Assembly: GCA_046485075.1 (NCBI GenBank)
Contig: JAWOHR010000067.1
Location: forward strand, 11,682-75,681
Reading direction: 5' to 3'
Origin: Bacteroidales bacterium
Lineage (GTDB): Bacteria > Bacteroidota > Bacteroidia > Bacteroidales > GCA-2748055
DNA: 64,000 bases
Shown here: positions 45,384-55,836 of the stretch, one piece after another
How positions within the stretch are numbered: position 1 is the stretch's first letter
How the letters are laid out: each line of letters starts with the position of its first letter
Notes under the pieces: model-generated
Databases searched by the model: none
What the model was told of the DNA's origin: nothing
What the model saw: the letters and a program-made list of their open reading frames with translations, nothing else
Position numbers and translations under genes: made by a program

Positions 45384-47086
45384 AAGGGATTCCATTCATA
45401 GGGACCCTTTGCATACTGCTACTCACACCGGGTTGCACGGAATCCGTTAAGAAAGCTGCAGAAGCCCCTGCAGCCGGAGTGGCTGTTTCACCCATGCAGA
45501 TCGGCATCTCCTACTATCCGGAACAGCGACCCAGGGAGTCGTGGAATGAGGATTTTGATCTGCTGGTGGAGGCCGGGATCAAAAGGATCCGTATTGGTGA
45601 ATTCGCCTGGTCGACCCTGGAACCGGGGGAGGGCCAGTTCGATTTTCAATGTTTTGATGATTGCATTGAACTTGCCCAGCGATACGGGATCCAGGTGGTC
45701 ATGTGCACCCCCACTGCCGCTCCTCCGGTCTGGCTGGTTGAGAAACATCCGGAGATCCTGCCGGTTAATGCCGATAAACAACGAAATACCTTTGGGGGCA
45801 GGCAGCACAGGTGTTACAATGCCCCGGCATACGAGCAATATACCCGCATCATTGTCCATAAGCTGTCGGCCCGTTATGCCCACCATCCCAACGTGGTGGC
45901 CTGGCAGATTGACAACGAAATGGGTGGTGAGCAGAAAAGGTGTTACTGTGATTTCTGCCGGGATTCTTTTCAGCTCTACCTGGCCGAAAGGTATGTGGAT
46001 GTGGCGACCCTCAACAAGCGGTGGGGAAACGCATTCTGGTCACTGGATTACCAGCAGTTCGGACAGGTCACCCTCCCCTACCGGTACAATGCCACCCTGA
46101 TGCTCAAGCACCACCCTTCGCTGGAACTTGAATTTTCCAGGTTCAGCTCCGCATCCATTATCAGGTACTGCAACATGCAGGCCTCCATCATCAGGGAATA
46201 CAATCCCCAGGCATTGGTAACCACCAACCAGTTTGCCTATGAATGGGGTGACAACCTGAATTCCTTTGAATTAAACCTGGAACTGGATGCAGCCGGCTTT
46301 GACCTTTACACCACTCAAAAACACCAGCTGGCTTTTTATGCCGATCTGAACCGGAGTCTGAACTCCGGACCAAACTGGATCATGGAATACGGAACCGACA
46401 CACCTGATCTATACGCTGAGATGGAACTCCTTGAATCAAGGGGAGTAGAGTGGCTCTACTTTTTCAAACTTAATCCTTTCCCTGCCGGCATGGAGCAATC
46501 GCCCGCATCCCTGCTCACCATTACTGGAGGGCTGACTAAAAATTTCCAGGTCATAAAAGCGTGGAATCATAACCTGGAGGAGCGCAGGACGGTGATCATG
46601 AAAGAACCTGAGACCGGACTTTTCTATGACTTTGACTGTTCCTGGGCGCTGGCCCAGGAGGGATGGGGGAGCTACAGGGAAAACCTGGTTTACCAGGCCT
46701 GTGTGATCGACACCATCTACCGGGCACTCTACGCACCTGGCAACCCTGTCAGAATATTTCACACTCCCGGGCAGTTTCAGAAAGTAAAGCGACTAATCCT
46801 GCCTCAGCAGGTGATCCACAGACCCGAATTGGAAAGCGCTGTTTTGCAATTCATTCATTCGGGAGGAACGGTGATCACCACCCACAACCTGTTCATGAAA
46901 AACACGGATAATGTTTACCTGACGCGGACTCCCGATATCTACGAAAAGGTGATGAACCGGCCAGGGGAATTTTTCGTGGATACACCCGTTGAATCCGTGG
47001 AGTACAGCTATGGAAAGGGCAAACTGATCGTGGTACCGGGGGATGCAGGTTGTGAGGCCTGGAGGAGGATCCTGAGGTCAATCTGA
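45380..47086 (+). CDS. GH42 beta-galactosidase-like enzyme with lipoprotein signal
   Basis: The ORF track starts at 45326. The Met at 45380 gives MKGIPFIGTLCILLLTPGC and overlaps the upstream stop as ATGA. GH42 features are present: YYPEQ..W.EDF.L..EAG...RIGEFAWS.LEP, the acid/base WQIDNEMGG, the Cys cluster (CYN...CYCDFC) and a nucleophile region WIMEYG. Confidence 0.8.
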   Translation: MKGIPFIGTLCILLLTPGCTESVKKAAEAPAAGVAVSPMQIGISYYPEQRPRESWNEDFDLLVEAGIKRIRIGEFAWSTLEPGEGQFDFQCFDDCIELAQRYGIQVVMCTPTAAPPVWLVEKHPEILPVNADKQRNTFGGRQHRCYNAPAYEQYTRIIVHKLSARYAHHPNVVAWQIDNEMGGEQKRCYCDFCRDSFQLYLAERYVDVATLNKRWGNAFWSLDYQQFGQVTLPYRYNATLMLKHHPSLELEFSRFSSASIIRYCNMQASIIREYNPQALVTTNQFAYEWGDNLNSFELNLELDAAGFDLYTTQKHQLAFYADLNRSLNSGPNWIMEYGTDTPDLYAEMELLESRGVEWLYFFKLNPFPAGMEQSPASLLTITGGLTKNFQVIKAWNHNLEERRTVIMKEPETGLFYDFDCSWALAQEGWGSYRENLVYQACVIDTIYRALYAPGNPVRIFHTPGQFQKVKRLILPQQVIHRPELESAVLQFIHSGGTVITTHNLFMKNTDNVYLTRTPDIYEKVMNRPGEFFVDTPVESVEYSYGKGKLIVVPGDAGCEAWRRILRSI

Positions 47087-47131
47087 AACACAGCAAATGA
47101 GAAAACCTGCTGGTATGGTAAAAACATCTGA

Positions 47132-48718
47132 ATGAATATGGAATTCAACCTGAGTCGCCTGGATCTGATGATCGTTGTTGTCTATTTTGTGGGGATCATC
47201 ATCTGGGGCCTTGTTCACTCCTCGCGAAAGAGTGCGGAGGACTACTTCCTGGGGGGCAGGGGGATGAAATGGCCCCTTGTGGGCCTCTCCATGTTTGCAT
47301 TGGTGGTCTCAAGTTCAGCCCTTGTAGGTTGGGCAGGGGATGCATACAGCACCGGGATCTCGGTTTTTAACTATGCCATTTCCGGCGCCATCCTCGTGAT
47401 CATTTTTACGCTGATCTTTTTCCTCCCCTTTTACATTAAAAATAAAATTTACACCCTTCCCGAATTCCTGGAAGGCAGGTACGATGTCAGAAGCCGCTAT
47501 TACTTCTCGGGCCTGTCGATTATCAGCTATACCTTTCTCGATGCCTCCATCACCCTCTATGCCGGTGCATTGATGCTGAAAATGATCTTTCCCTCCATGG
47601 AGATCTGGCAGCTGGTCATCGGACTGGCCATCATTGCAGCCTCCTATACCATTATCGGGGGATTGTCTTCGGTGATGTGGGCAGATATGCTTCAGGCCCT
47701 TTTACTGATTACAGGATCATGTGTGCTTACATTCACCGCATTCAAAAGCGCCGGTGGATGGAGCAGTATCATGGAACGGATGCCGGAAGGAATGCTGAAC
47801 CTGGTCAGGCCTGCCAGGGACCCCTCGGTTCCCTGGCCTGCACTGATATTCAGTCTGCCTTTGCTCGGTTTCTATTTTTGGGGAATCAGTCAGACCATGG
47901 TTCAACGCACGCTCAGCGCTAAAAACCTGAACCACGGGAGATGGGGAAATCTCTTTGCCGCGGGACTTAATTTTGTCATCTTCTTTGTGATGGTACTTCC
48001 CGGAATCGCCGGAAGAGTGCTCTTCCCCGATCTGGAAAATGCAAATATGATCTACCCGATGCTGGTCTTTAAGCTCCTCCCGGTCGGGTTGATCGGGCTT
48101 GTGCTGGCAGGATTCCTGGCTGCACTCACCTCAACCCTCAGCGCTATCCTGAATTCAGCCTCCACCCTTTTTACCATGGACATCGCCCTGAAAATAAATC
48201 CTGCCCTGTCGGGGAAAAAGAAGGTGCTGGTGGGGAACATTGCCGGAGTGGCAATTGTGGCGGTGGCTGCCCTCTGGGCACCCAACGTGGGTAAATACGA
48301 TTCCATTGTCAAATATTTCCAGGAATTACTCTCCTACATGACACCGCCCATTGTAACCCTGTTTGTCCTTGGACTATTCTGGAAACGAGCCAACTCCAGG
48401 GGAGCGTTTGCCGGACTGGTCACCGGGTTCCTGATGGCCGCCTTCTTCATCTTTTTCAAGGAGCTTTCACCCCTGAAAAACATCCATTTCCTCTATGCCG
48501 CACCCATTGTTTTTTCAATCACCGCACTGGTCGTGGTCGCAGTAAGCCTTCTGACGCCGACCGAAACGGACGAGAACAGGCTGAAGTATGTCTGGACCCG
48601 GAAGATTTTCAGGCAGGAAACAGTGGGACTGCAGGGTGTCGCCTGGTATAAAAACTTCAGGGTACTCTCCATCATCCTGCTGGCAATCACCTTGATCTTC
48701 TTTATCATCTGGAGGTAA
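47132..48718 (+). CDS. Sodium:solute symporter (SSF/SGLT-like) sugar transporter
   Basis: 528-aa polytopic ORF with SSF-type motifs (FLGGRGM, GGLSSVMWADMLQA). It is embedded in the polysaccharide utilisation locus, directly upstream of a cytoplasmic phosphorylase gene. Confidence 0.85.
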   Translation: MNMEFNLSRLDLMIVVVYFVGIIIWGLVHSSRKSAEDYFLGGRGMKWPLVGLSMFALVVSSSALVGWAGDAYSTGISVFNYAISGAILVIIFTLIFFLPFYIKNKIYTLPEFLEGRYDVRSRYYFSGLSIISYTFLDASITLYAGALMLKMIFPSMEIWQLVIGLAIIAASYTIIGGLSSVMWADMLQALLLITGSCVLTFTAFKSAGGWSSIMERMPEGMLNLVRPARDPSVPWPALIFSLPLLGFYFWGISQTMVQRTLSAKNLNHGRWGNLFAAGLNFVIFFVMVLPGIAGRVLFPDLENANMIYPMLVFKLLPVGLIGLVLAGFLAALTSTLSAILNSASTLFTMDIALKINPALSGKKKVLVGNIAGVAIVAVAALWAPNVGKYDSIVKYFQELLSYMTPPIVTLFVLGLFWKRANSRGAFAGLVTGFLMAAFFIFFKELSPLKNIHFLYAAPIVFSITALVVVAVSLLTPTETDENRLKYVWTRKIFRQETVGLQGVAWYKNFRVLSIILLAITLIFFIIWR

Positions 48719-48729
48719 AACGAAAATAG

Positions 48730-51075
48730 ATGAAGCAGGAATACAAATACGGGTATTTTAACGAAGAGGGGACCGAATTCACTGTTACCGATCCCAAAAC
48801 CCCAAGGGCATTTGACAATTTCATCTGGAACGACTCCCTCTTCTCCTCTGTCCACCAGACAGGGGTGGGCTTTTTTGATTACCAGGTGGGTGACCTGGAG
48901 GCGGTGAAGCTCCTGACCGGGATCGGGAGGATCTGTGATTTTGATGTATTTGGCAGGGAAGGACTCATGAGCCGGCTGATCTATGTGAGGGATAACGCTA
49001 CAGGGATTTTCTGGAATGTGAACTGGGAACCGGTGAAAAAGCCCTTTGACACTTACAGATGTACACACGGCCTCGGATATACACAAATCCGGTCTGTCAC
49101 AGAAAAGATCGGGTCCGGTTTCCGGATTTTTGTACCCAAAGGATCGGACCCCCTTGAACTTTGGACCCTCACCTTTGAAAACAGGGACACTGTCCATAGA
49201 GATCTCTCCATTTTCGTTTACAACCAGTTCATTTTTACATACAAATGGGGATTCAACTCATATGGAGATATGCTGTTCCGCTCCTCCTGGTTTAATGAGA
49301 AGCTCAATGCGATGATGGCCCGGAAAAGGCCTCACGTCTCTCCCCATGATTTCCAGACTGCCTTTATGACAGCCAGCGAACCCATTGCAGGCTATGATGG
49401 CAGCAGGGACCTTTTCGTGGGCACATACAACGCTCTCAATGAACCCGAGGCAGTCATCCGGGGAAAATGCTCCAACTCCCGGGGATCATCCGATTCAACC
49501 ATCGGGGTCACACAGTTTAACATCAGCCTTGCACCACATCAGGCCCATACCATCCAGATGATCCTCGGGGTGACCGACCAGGAGCAGAAAGTGGAATCCA
49601 TTAAGAACAAGTACCTGGACCATGTGGAGGAGTTTTTCAAAGGGCTGAAAGAGGAGAATGATCGTTTCCTCTCCGGCAACACCTTTTCCACCCCCGACCC
49701 GCATCTCAACCGCATGTTGAATACCTGGATCAAACACCAGACTTCTTACGGAGCAAGGTGGTGCCGGTGGGGATGGATGGGATACAGGGACATTGTGCAA
49801 CACGGATACGGGGTTTCCACCTTCAATCCCGCCCGCACAAGGCAAATTTTACTGGAGGCACTGAAGCATCAGTATGCCAGCGGGATGGCATTGCGGGGAT
49901 GGAACCCGGTGGATGAAAAGGCTTATTCAGACAGCGCCCTCTGGCTAGTATTCAGCCTCACATCCTACCTGAAAGAGACCGGTGACCTGGCATTCCTGGA
50001 TAAACAGGTGGATTATTATGACCTGGGAACTGACAGTGTGCTGAAACACGTGGAACGTGCCCTCGATTTTTTGGAGCATAATAAGGGAGCACATGAACTC
50101 TGCCTGATCAAATTCGGTGACTGGAACGACTCCCTGACAGCCATTGGCAGGGAGGGGAGGGGTGAAAGCATCTGGCTGAGCATGGCCTATGCGGAGGCTC
50201 TGAGGGAGATGGGCTCGCTTTATACAGCGTTGGATGATATCCGGAAAGCGGCTGATTTTGACGACCGGTACAACCGTATCAAAAAAGCGGTGAATGATCA
50301 TGCCTGGGATGGAGCGTGGTATGTACGTTGTTTTGACGACAATGGCAGACCCATCGGTTCCTCTGCCAACGGGCAGGGTAAAATCTTTCTGAACGCACAG
50401 AGCTGGGCCATGATCTCCGGGATTGCAGACGTGGAGAGAACAGCCTCCAGTATACGATCTGCCGATGCACTCCTTTCCACCCCCATGGGCTACCTGCTCC
50501 TGGCCCCCACGTTCATGGAACCCGACGACCACATTGGCAGAATCAGTTGCCTGGAACCGGGAATCTGTGAGAACGGGACCGTCTACTCCCATGTAAATGC
50601 ATGGATGGTGATGGGATTGCTGCGGGCAGGCATGCCCGATAAGGCCTATGAAACCTTCAGGAGAATCACCCCGGGTTATCCCACCAGGGGAGTGCCGGAT
50701 CCCAAGCAGGAAATGCCACCCTATATTTACGCCAACGGCTACTTCGGACCCGACCACCGCAACAATAAATACCAGATGGAATTCACCTGGATCACCGGAT
50801 CGGTTGCATGGTACTATAATGTTTTATCGCGCGAGATGCTGGGCATTCAACCCGATTACGGCGGACTTCGGATGAATCCAAGGCTCCCCTCCCATTGGGA
50901 CCAATGTTCGGCTACACGTATTTACAGGGGTAAGAAATTCCGGATCAGCATGGAACGTTCAGGGGTACCTGCCATCCAGGTGATCCTGAACGGGAAAATC
51001 CTTCCCGGAACCCTGGTCCCCCTGGCCCAATGCCTCAGTGAAAACCAGGTGGAAGTAATGATACCCAGGATTTAA
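48730..51075 (+). CDS. Divergent GH94-family glycoside phosphorylase (cytoplasmic)
   Basis: 781-aa ORF with no signal peptide. Its N-terminus aligns with the GH94 enzyme at 23110-25545 (YGYFNEEGTEFTVTDPKTPRAFDNFIWN versus [27 protein letters not shown]). It has the catalytic-Asp motif FGDWNDSL and a YSH.NAW motif in place of FCHNNPW. Confidence 0.75.
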   Translation: MKQEYKYGYFNEEGTEFTVTDPKTPRAFDNFIWNDSLFSSVHQTGVGFFDYQVGDLEAVKLLTGIGRICDFDVFGREGLMSRLIYVRDNATGIFWNVNWEPVKKPFDTYRCTHGLGYTQIRSVTEKIGSGFRIFVPKGSDPLELWTLTFENRDTVHRDLSIFVYNQFIFTYKWGFNSYGDMLFRSSWFNEKLNAMMARKRPHVSPHDFQTAFMTASEPIAGYDGSRDLFVGTYNALNEPEAVIRGKCSNSRGSSDSTIGVTQFNISLAPHQAHTIQMILGVTDQEQKVESIKNKYLDHVEEFFKGLKEENDRFLSGNTFSTPDPHLNRMLNTWIKHQTSYGARWCRWGWMGYRDIVQHGYGVSTFNPARTRQILLEALKHQYASGMALRGWNPVDEKAYSDSALWLVFSLTSYLKETGDLAFLDKQVDYYDLGTDSVLKHVERALDFLEHNKGAHELCLIKFGDWNDSLTAIGREGRGESIWLSMAYAEALREMGSLYTALDDIRKAADFDDRYNRIKKAVNDHAWDGAWYVRCFDDNGRPIGSSANGQGKIFLNAQSWAMISGIADVERTASSIRSADALLSTPMGYLLLAPTFMEPDDHIGRISCLEPGICENGTVYSHVNAWMVMGLLRAGMPDKAYETFRRITPGYPTRGVPDPKQEMPPYIYANGYFGPDHRNNKYQMEFTWITGSVAWYYNVLSREMLGIQPDYGGLRMNPRLPSHWDQCSATRIYRGKKFRISMERSGVPAIQVILNGKILPGTLVPLAQCLSENQVEVMIPRI

Positions 51076-51079
51076 CCCT

Positions 51080-52774
51080 ATGTCGAGGATACAAACACAT
51101 ACACTCCTTCCCATTTTACTCATCGCACTGGTGTCATGCAGACCTGACAGGCAGGCTGCCCTTAGCCAGGTGAGCCCTTCCATGGCCCAGAGGGAGGTGA
51201 TGGATTGTACACGGGTGGTCCTTAACAACCCGGTCATTCCCGGATTTAACCCCGATCCCTGTATGATCCGTGTGGATGAGGATTACTATATTGTCACCTC
51301 CTCATTCGAGTGGTTTCCTGCCATCCCCGTTTACCATTCCAGGGACCTTGCCACCTGGGAGGCCACCGGCCATGTGCTGACCAGAGAATCACAGGCCGAT
51401 TTGCGGGGAATAGGGAACTCCAGCGGAATATATGCCCCCTCGATCCATTATCACGACGGACGGTTCTATGTTCTTTATACCATCGTTTCAGGAGATTTCT
51501 TTCCCTACCTGGCCACCCCCAACTACATTGTCTGGGCCGACAACATCAACGGCCCATGGTCCGACCCGGTCTACATCAACAGCACCGGTTTTGACCCGGC
51601 CCTTTTTTTCGATGACGACGGAACGTGTTACTACATGAACATGCTGCTCGATTTCAACAGCGAAATAATTACCGGGGGGATTTCCATGCAGCGCTTTGAT
51701 ATAGAATCGCTGACCACCACATCGGAACCCGTGATTATCTTCCGGGGAACCATGCATGGAACCGAAGGCCCAAGGATCTACAAACGAAACGGATACTACT
51801 ACCTGGTTACCGCCGAGGGCGGCACCGACTGGAACCACCAGGTCACCGTGTGCAGGTCCGGTCAGGTCGGGGGTCCATACGAGTTATCACCCCATACCCC
51901 CCTCCTGTCTTCCAGAGATCATCCCGGGCACCCCCTGCAGCGGGCAGGACACGGATCCTGGACGGAGACACCCGACGGGGAATGGTACATGGCCCACCTG
52001 GCATCAAGGCCGGTGATGCCGCAGCGAAAAAGTGTGCTCGGCAGGGAGACCTGCATTCAGAAACTGGAATGGATCGATGACTGGCCGCTGCTCAGGGGAG
52101 GGGGTGCACTCCCGTACCTGACCGTGGAAGGACCAAAAAAGGGAGCTGAATCCTTTGAATCCGGACCGTGCAGGGATGAATTTGAGGGGAAGGTGCTGTT
52201 ACCTCTCTACCAGACCCTGAGGCTTCCCTTCGACACATCATGGGTCAGTCTCTCCAGGCGCCCCGGCTCCCTGGCCCTGAAGGGCAGAAAACCCTTTACA
52301 AGCAGGGATGATCAGAGCCTGGTGGCCAGAAGGATCACCTCCCTGAACGGGCGGGCCGAAACCGCGGTCGACTATGAGCCAGTCCACTACAGGAACCTGG
52401 CCGGACTTGTCTGCCTTTACGACACCAGGGATTTCTTTTACCTGCACGTGAGTTACGACGATCGGATTGGTAAATACCTGGGGATTATCCAGCACTCCTC
52501 CCTGGGGAGCAACGAACCCTGCCAAAGGGTGCCCCTCCCCCGCAATAAAACCGTCTACCTGGCCATGGAAATTAATTACGATAAATTGCAGTTCAGTTAC
52601 TCTATAGATGGATCTGCCTGGTCCGATATTGGGGAGCCCTTTGACTTTACACAGCTCTCGGATGAGAATAACCGTTATGGGTTCACAGGCTCCATGGTTG
52701 GGATCAGCACCCAGGACATGGTCAACGAAAAGTTGTATGCCTATTTTGATTATTTCACCTATGAACCCCGCTAG
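51080..52774 (+). CDS. GH43 beta-xylosidase/alpha-L-arabinofuranosidase-type enzyme with C-terminal beta-sandwich domain (lipoprotein)
   Basis: 564-aa ORF with a lipoprotein signal (LLIALVSC). It has a typical GH43 N-terminus (NPVIPGFNPDPCMIRVDEDYYIVTSSFEWFPAIPVYHSRDL..W) and EGP and TAEGG motifs. The C-terminal domain is concanavalin-like. Confidence 0.85.
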   Translation: MSRIQTHTLLPILLIALVSCRPDRQAALSQVSPSMAQREVMDCTRVVLNNPVIPGFNPDPCMIRVDEDYYIVTSSFEWFPAIPVYHSRDLATWEATGHVLTRESQADLRGIGNSSGIYAPSIHYHDGRFYVLYTIVSGDFFPYLATPNYIVWADNINGPWSDPVYINSTGFDPALFFDDDGTCYYMNMLLDFNSEIITGGISMQRFDIESLTTTSEPVIIFRGTMHGTEGPRIYKRNGYYYLVTAEGGTDWNHQVTVCRSGQVGGPYELSPHTPLLSSRDHPGHPLQRAGHGSWTETPDGEWYMAHLASRPVMPQRKSVLGRETCIQKLEWIDDWPLLRGGGALPYLTVEGPKKGAESFESGPCRDEFEGKVLLPLYQTLRLPFDTSWVSLSRRPGSLALKGRKPFTSRDDQSLVARRITSLNGRAETAVDYEPVHYRNLAGLVCLYDTRDFFYLHVSYDDRIGKYLGIIQHSSLGSNEPCQRVPLPRNKTVYLAMEINYDKLQFSYSIDGSAWSDIGEPFDFTQLSDENNRYGFTGSMVGISTQDMVNEKLYAYFDYFTYEPR

Positions 52775-55700
52775 AATCCGACTGCATTGCCAGATAGTCA
52801 TAGCACTGGTCACCTTCGCTTCCTGTCAGCAGGAGCCTGTCCGTTATGAAAAGGATCTGTCGGATCTCACCTGGAGCATCTGGATTGATTCAACTGCATC
52901 CTGGGAGGAGGACACCCTATTTTTACCACCTGTGGCACTACAGAAAATAAAGGTTAATCCCCCGGGCAAAGGTTGGGATTATCTTGAAAATCCGGGACTT
53001 CAGAAAACCCGCCTGCCGGCTACCGTGGAACAGTATTTCTGGGATAACAAGGTGGATACTGCTTGGGGATCAGGTGATTACAGCGGGGTGAGTTGGTTTA
53101 CTACCACCCAGTATATACCTGCTGAACTGGAAGGAAAATTGCTATTCCTCGATTTTGAAAGTGTCCGTCTGAGGGCTGAAATTTATGTGAACCGTGAACT
53201 GGCCGGTTACGATTGCATCGGGAATACCCCTTTCCGGGCGGAGATCACCGGCCACGTCCAATTTGGGTCTGAAAACCAGATCGCCATACGCATCACCGAT
53301 CCGGGCGGCAATTTCTACTGGGAAGATTACCACCTCGACCGCTGGGGAACCCAATATATCCCTCCCAGTCACGGCTTCGGCGGAATCACCGGCCCGGTTC
53401 ACCTGGTAGCTACCGATCCATCCTTCATTGAGGATATCTATATTCAGAACCAGCCGGAAATTAACAGGATCCGGATTCTTACCACCATCCAGAACCTTCA
53501 CCGTGCAGACCAGAAAGGCAGACTCTGTTACAACCTCTTTGCCCCGGGAGTGAAAAGAGACGGGAAAAAGATACAGCTGGGATCCTTTGATCTTAAACCA
53601 GGCAGCAACGTAATCGATACACTGGTCACCATTTCAGACTATCAGCCATGGACTCCCGATCAACCCAACCTTTATTCACTGGAAGTAACCTGGAGCAGTG
53701 AAAACGGAGATCGTGACCGGGTCACAAAAAGATTCGGGCTGAGGTGGTTCGAGGCCAGGAGCGTGGAGGGAGCTACCTCCTTCTACCTGAATAACAAAAG
53801 GATTTTTCTTACCTCGGCCATCAGCTGGGGATTCTGGCCCGAAAACGGGATCTTTCCCACCCCGGAACTGGCAGAGAAGCAGGTCCGCAACCTGAAAATA
53901 CTGGGATTAAACATGTTCAATTTTCACAGGGCCATTGGCCAGCCCGCACTGTTTGAACAGGCCGACCAGCAGGGAATCCTGGTGTATGAGGAACCGGGTG
54001 GATACCGTTGTCCATCCGAGAAAATATGGTTCTGGAAGCCGGAGGATGATCCCTCGAATCATATTGACCCCGGTGAGGCGGCCCTTGCCTGGCAATGGAG
54101 ACGCGAAAAACTCTATCGTATGATCAAAAGAGACAGGAGCCATCCATCCCTGGTAATCTATAATATGGGAAACGAAATGCTTATGGATCCGGATGAACGG
54201 CACACCCACGACATGGCAGGGGCACACCTCCTGGACCCTTCCCGCTATATCACCTTCTCATCCCACTCTTTTCACCCCCTGTTTTTCCCACAGTACCCGG
54301 GTGGTGATTGTCCCAGGGATACAGCAACCGCCAAGCTGTTTATGAAGCCCTTCGACCACAACTTCCACTATTTCGGCTGGTGGGATAACCACCATGCACT
54401 TGGCGAAGGCACATACATGGACTGTTATTATAATGGTAGCGGGGATTATAACCTCTATTCTGACAACAGGGAGGAGATCGTCTTCTACGGGGAGGAGGGA
54501 GCGATCCATGCCCCCCCTCGTCTCGACTCCATCATCCCCCGCCTGGATCACCATGCCATCGGCGGGTGGGACTCGGATTATCTTCGCAGAACCTACGCAC
54601 AGGTATCTGATTTTCTTAAAAGGAAGGGCTTCGACGATGCCGGGGTTACACTGGAGTCTCTCACCACCTCTTTTGCAAATAATGCATATGATTACCACGC
54701 AAGGATGATCGAGAACTGCCGGATCGGTAACCATGTAGATGCCTACGTGATCAATGGCCTCGAAGATCCCAAACGGGGCTTCTGCAGCGGAATCCTGGAT
54801 GTCTACCGGAACATCAAGGGAGATGCCGGTCTCCTTTCAGCCCCCATGGAACCACTTTACCTGGCCATAAAACCAACCAACAGGCTTCTCGGACCGGGTG
54901 ACCAGGTTGAATGTGATATCCATATTGTCAACGAGGAGATCCTGCAGGGCAGGTTCCTGCTGGAGGTGAACCTTCTATCCGGGGATGACACCCTCGGTCA
55001 GAAGAATCTTGAAGTTACAGTGTCGGGAGGAACATCATTCGGGGAGCTGCTTGCGGAACAACTCGGGTTCGAACTTAAAAAAGGAGAGGCAGGCAGATAT
55101 CTTACACTGGCAGCAACCCTAAGGGATAACCTGAAAACAGTGGCAACAGGGGTTGAGAAACTTTTTCAGCTTCCCGATCAAGGCTTACCACCGGGATGCA
55201 GGGTCATATACGAGGGTGACGGGGGAGCCATTCAGGATGCGCTGGTGGAGCAGGGGGTTGAGCTGTTCTCATTGAAGGGCCCCCGTGGCGGGATCACACT
55301 TATGGTGGTTACCGATCCGCCCAGGGGAATGACAGTTAAAGAGATCCTTGAGTGGGTCGAAACCGGAAATCATCTCGTTGTTCTGGAACATGCGGCACAA
55401 TGGGCAGAAATCCTGGATCAGAAGGGAGAGGTCCAATTTAAGGGAGTAATCCAAAATGATACCGAATGGTCAGCCGGCGGTGCATTTAACCGTCCTCACC
55501 CCATTTTCAGGGAATTGCCCTCAGGTTGTGTGATGGGATGGGAGTACCAGGAGCTGACCAATCACTGGAGAAACAGGCACTCCCTGCAACTCGAAGGAGA
55601 AACAGCCATCGTGGGTGCACTGGGTCCCGAACCACACCTTGCTGGAACTGCCATGGGAGAGATCTCCATGGGGTACGGCACCATTTTGCTGAATACCCTG

Positions 55701-55796
55701 GACTTTGAAAGCGCCCTCCAAAAAGACAATAGCGCGGGAAAGATGGCGTCAACCCTTCTCGGAAATATCGTACTTCACTATTCCAACCACAATTAA
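52761..55796 (+). CDS. GH2-like glycoside hydrolase lipoprotein
   Basis: The ORF track starts at 52608, inside the GH43 gene. The Met at 52761 gives the lipoprotein signal MNPARIRLHCQIVIALVTFASC and a 14-nt overlap. It has a GH2 sugar-binding-domain pattern (GDYSGVSWFTT...LLFLDFESVRLRAEIYVN), a TIM-barrel segment with SHPSLVIYNMGNEM (acid/base) and a long C-terminal extension. Confidence 0.75.
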   Translation: MNPARIRLHCQIVIALVTFASCQQEPVRYEKDLSDLTWSIWIDSTASWEEDTLFLPPVALQKIKVNPPGKGWDYLENPGLQKTRLPATVEQYFWDNKVDTAWGSGDYSGVSWFTTTQYIPAELEGKLLFLDFESVRLRAEIYVNRELAGYDCIGNTPFRAEITGHVQFGSENQIAIRITDPGGNFYWEDYHLDRWGTQYIPPSHGFGGITGPVHLVATDPSFIEDIYIQNQPEINRIRILTTIQNLHRADQKGRLCYNLFAPGVKRDGKKIQLGSFDLKPGSNVIDTLVTISDYQPWTPDQPNLYSLEVTWSSENGDRDRVTKRFGLRWFEARSVEGATSFYLNNKRIFLTSAISWGFWPENGIFPTPELAEKQVRNLKILGLNMFNFHRAIGQPALFEQADQQGILVYEEPGGYRCPSEKIWFWKPEDDPSNHIDPGEAALAWQWRREKLYRMIKRDRSHPSLVIYNMGNEMLMDPDERHTHDMAGAHLLDPSRYITFSSHSFHPLFFPQYPGGDCPRDTATAKLFMKPFDHNFHYFGWWDNHHALGEGTYMDCYYNGSGDYNLYSDNREEIVFYGEEGAIHAPPRLDSIIPRLDHHAIGGWDSDYLRRTYAQVSDFLKRKGFDDAGVTLESLTTSFANNAYDYHARMIENCRIGNHVDAYVINGLEDPKRGFCSGILDVYRNIKGDAGLLSAPMEPLYLAIKPTNRLLGPGDQVECDIHIVNEEILQGRFLLEVNLLSGDDTLGQKNLEVTVSGGTSFGELLAEQLGFELKKGEAGRYLTLAATLRDNLKTVATGVEKLFQLPDQGLPPGCRVIYEGDGGAIQDALVEQGVELFSLKGPRGGITLMVVTDPPRGMTVKEILEWVETGNHLVVLEHAAQWAEILDQKGEVQFKGVIQNDTEWSAGGAFNRPHPIFRELPSGCVMGWEYQELTNHWRNRHSLQLEGETAIVGALGPEPHLAGTAMGEISMGYGTILLNTLDFESALQKDNSAGKMASTLLGNIVLHYSNHN

Positions 55797-55836
55797 TAGG
55801 CGGTTTTTTGCTATATTTTGGGCCAATTACCATGCT

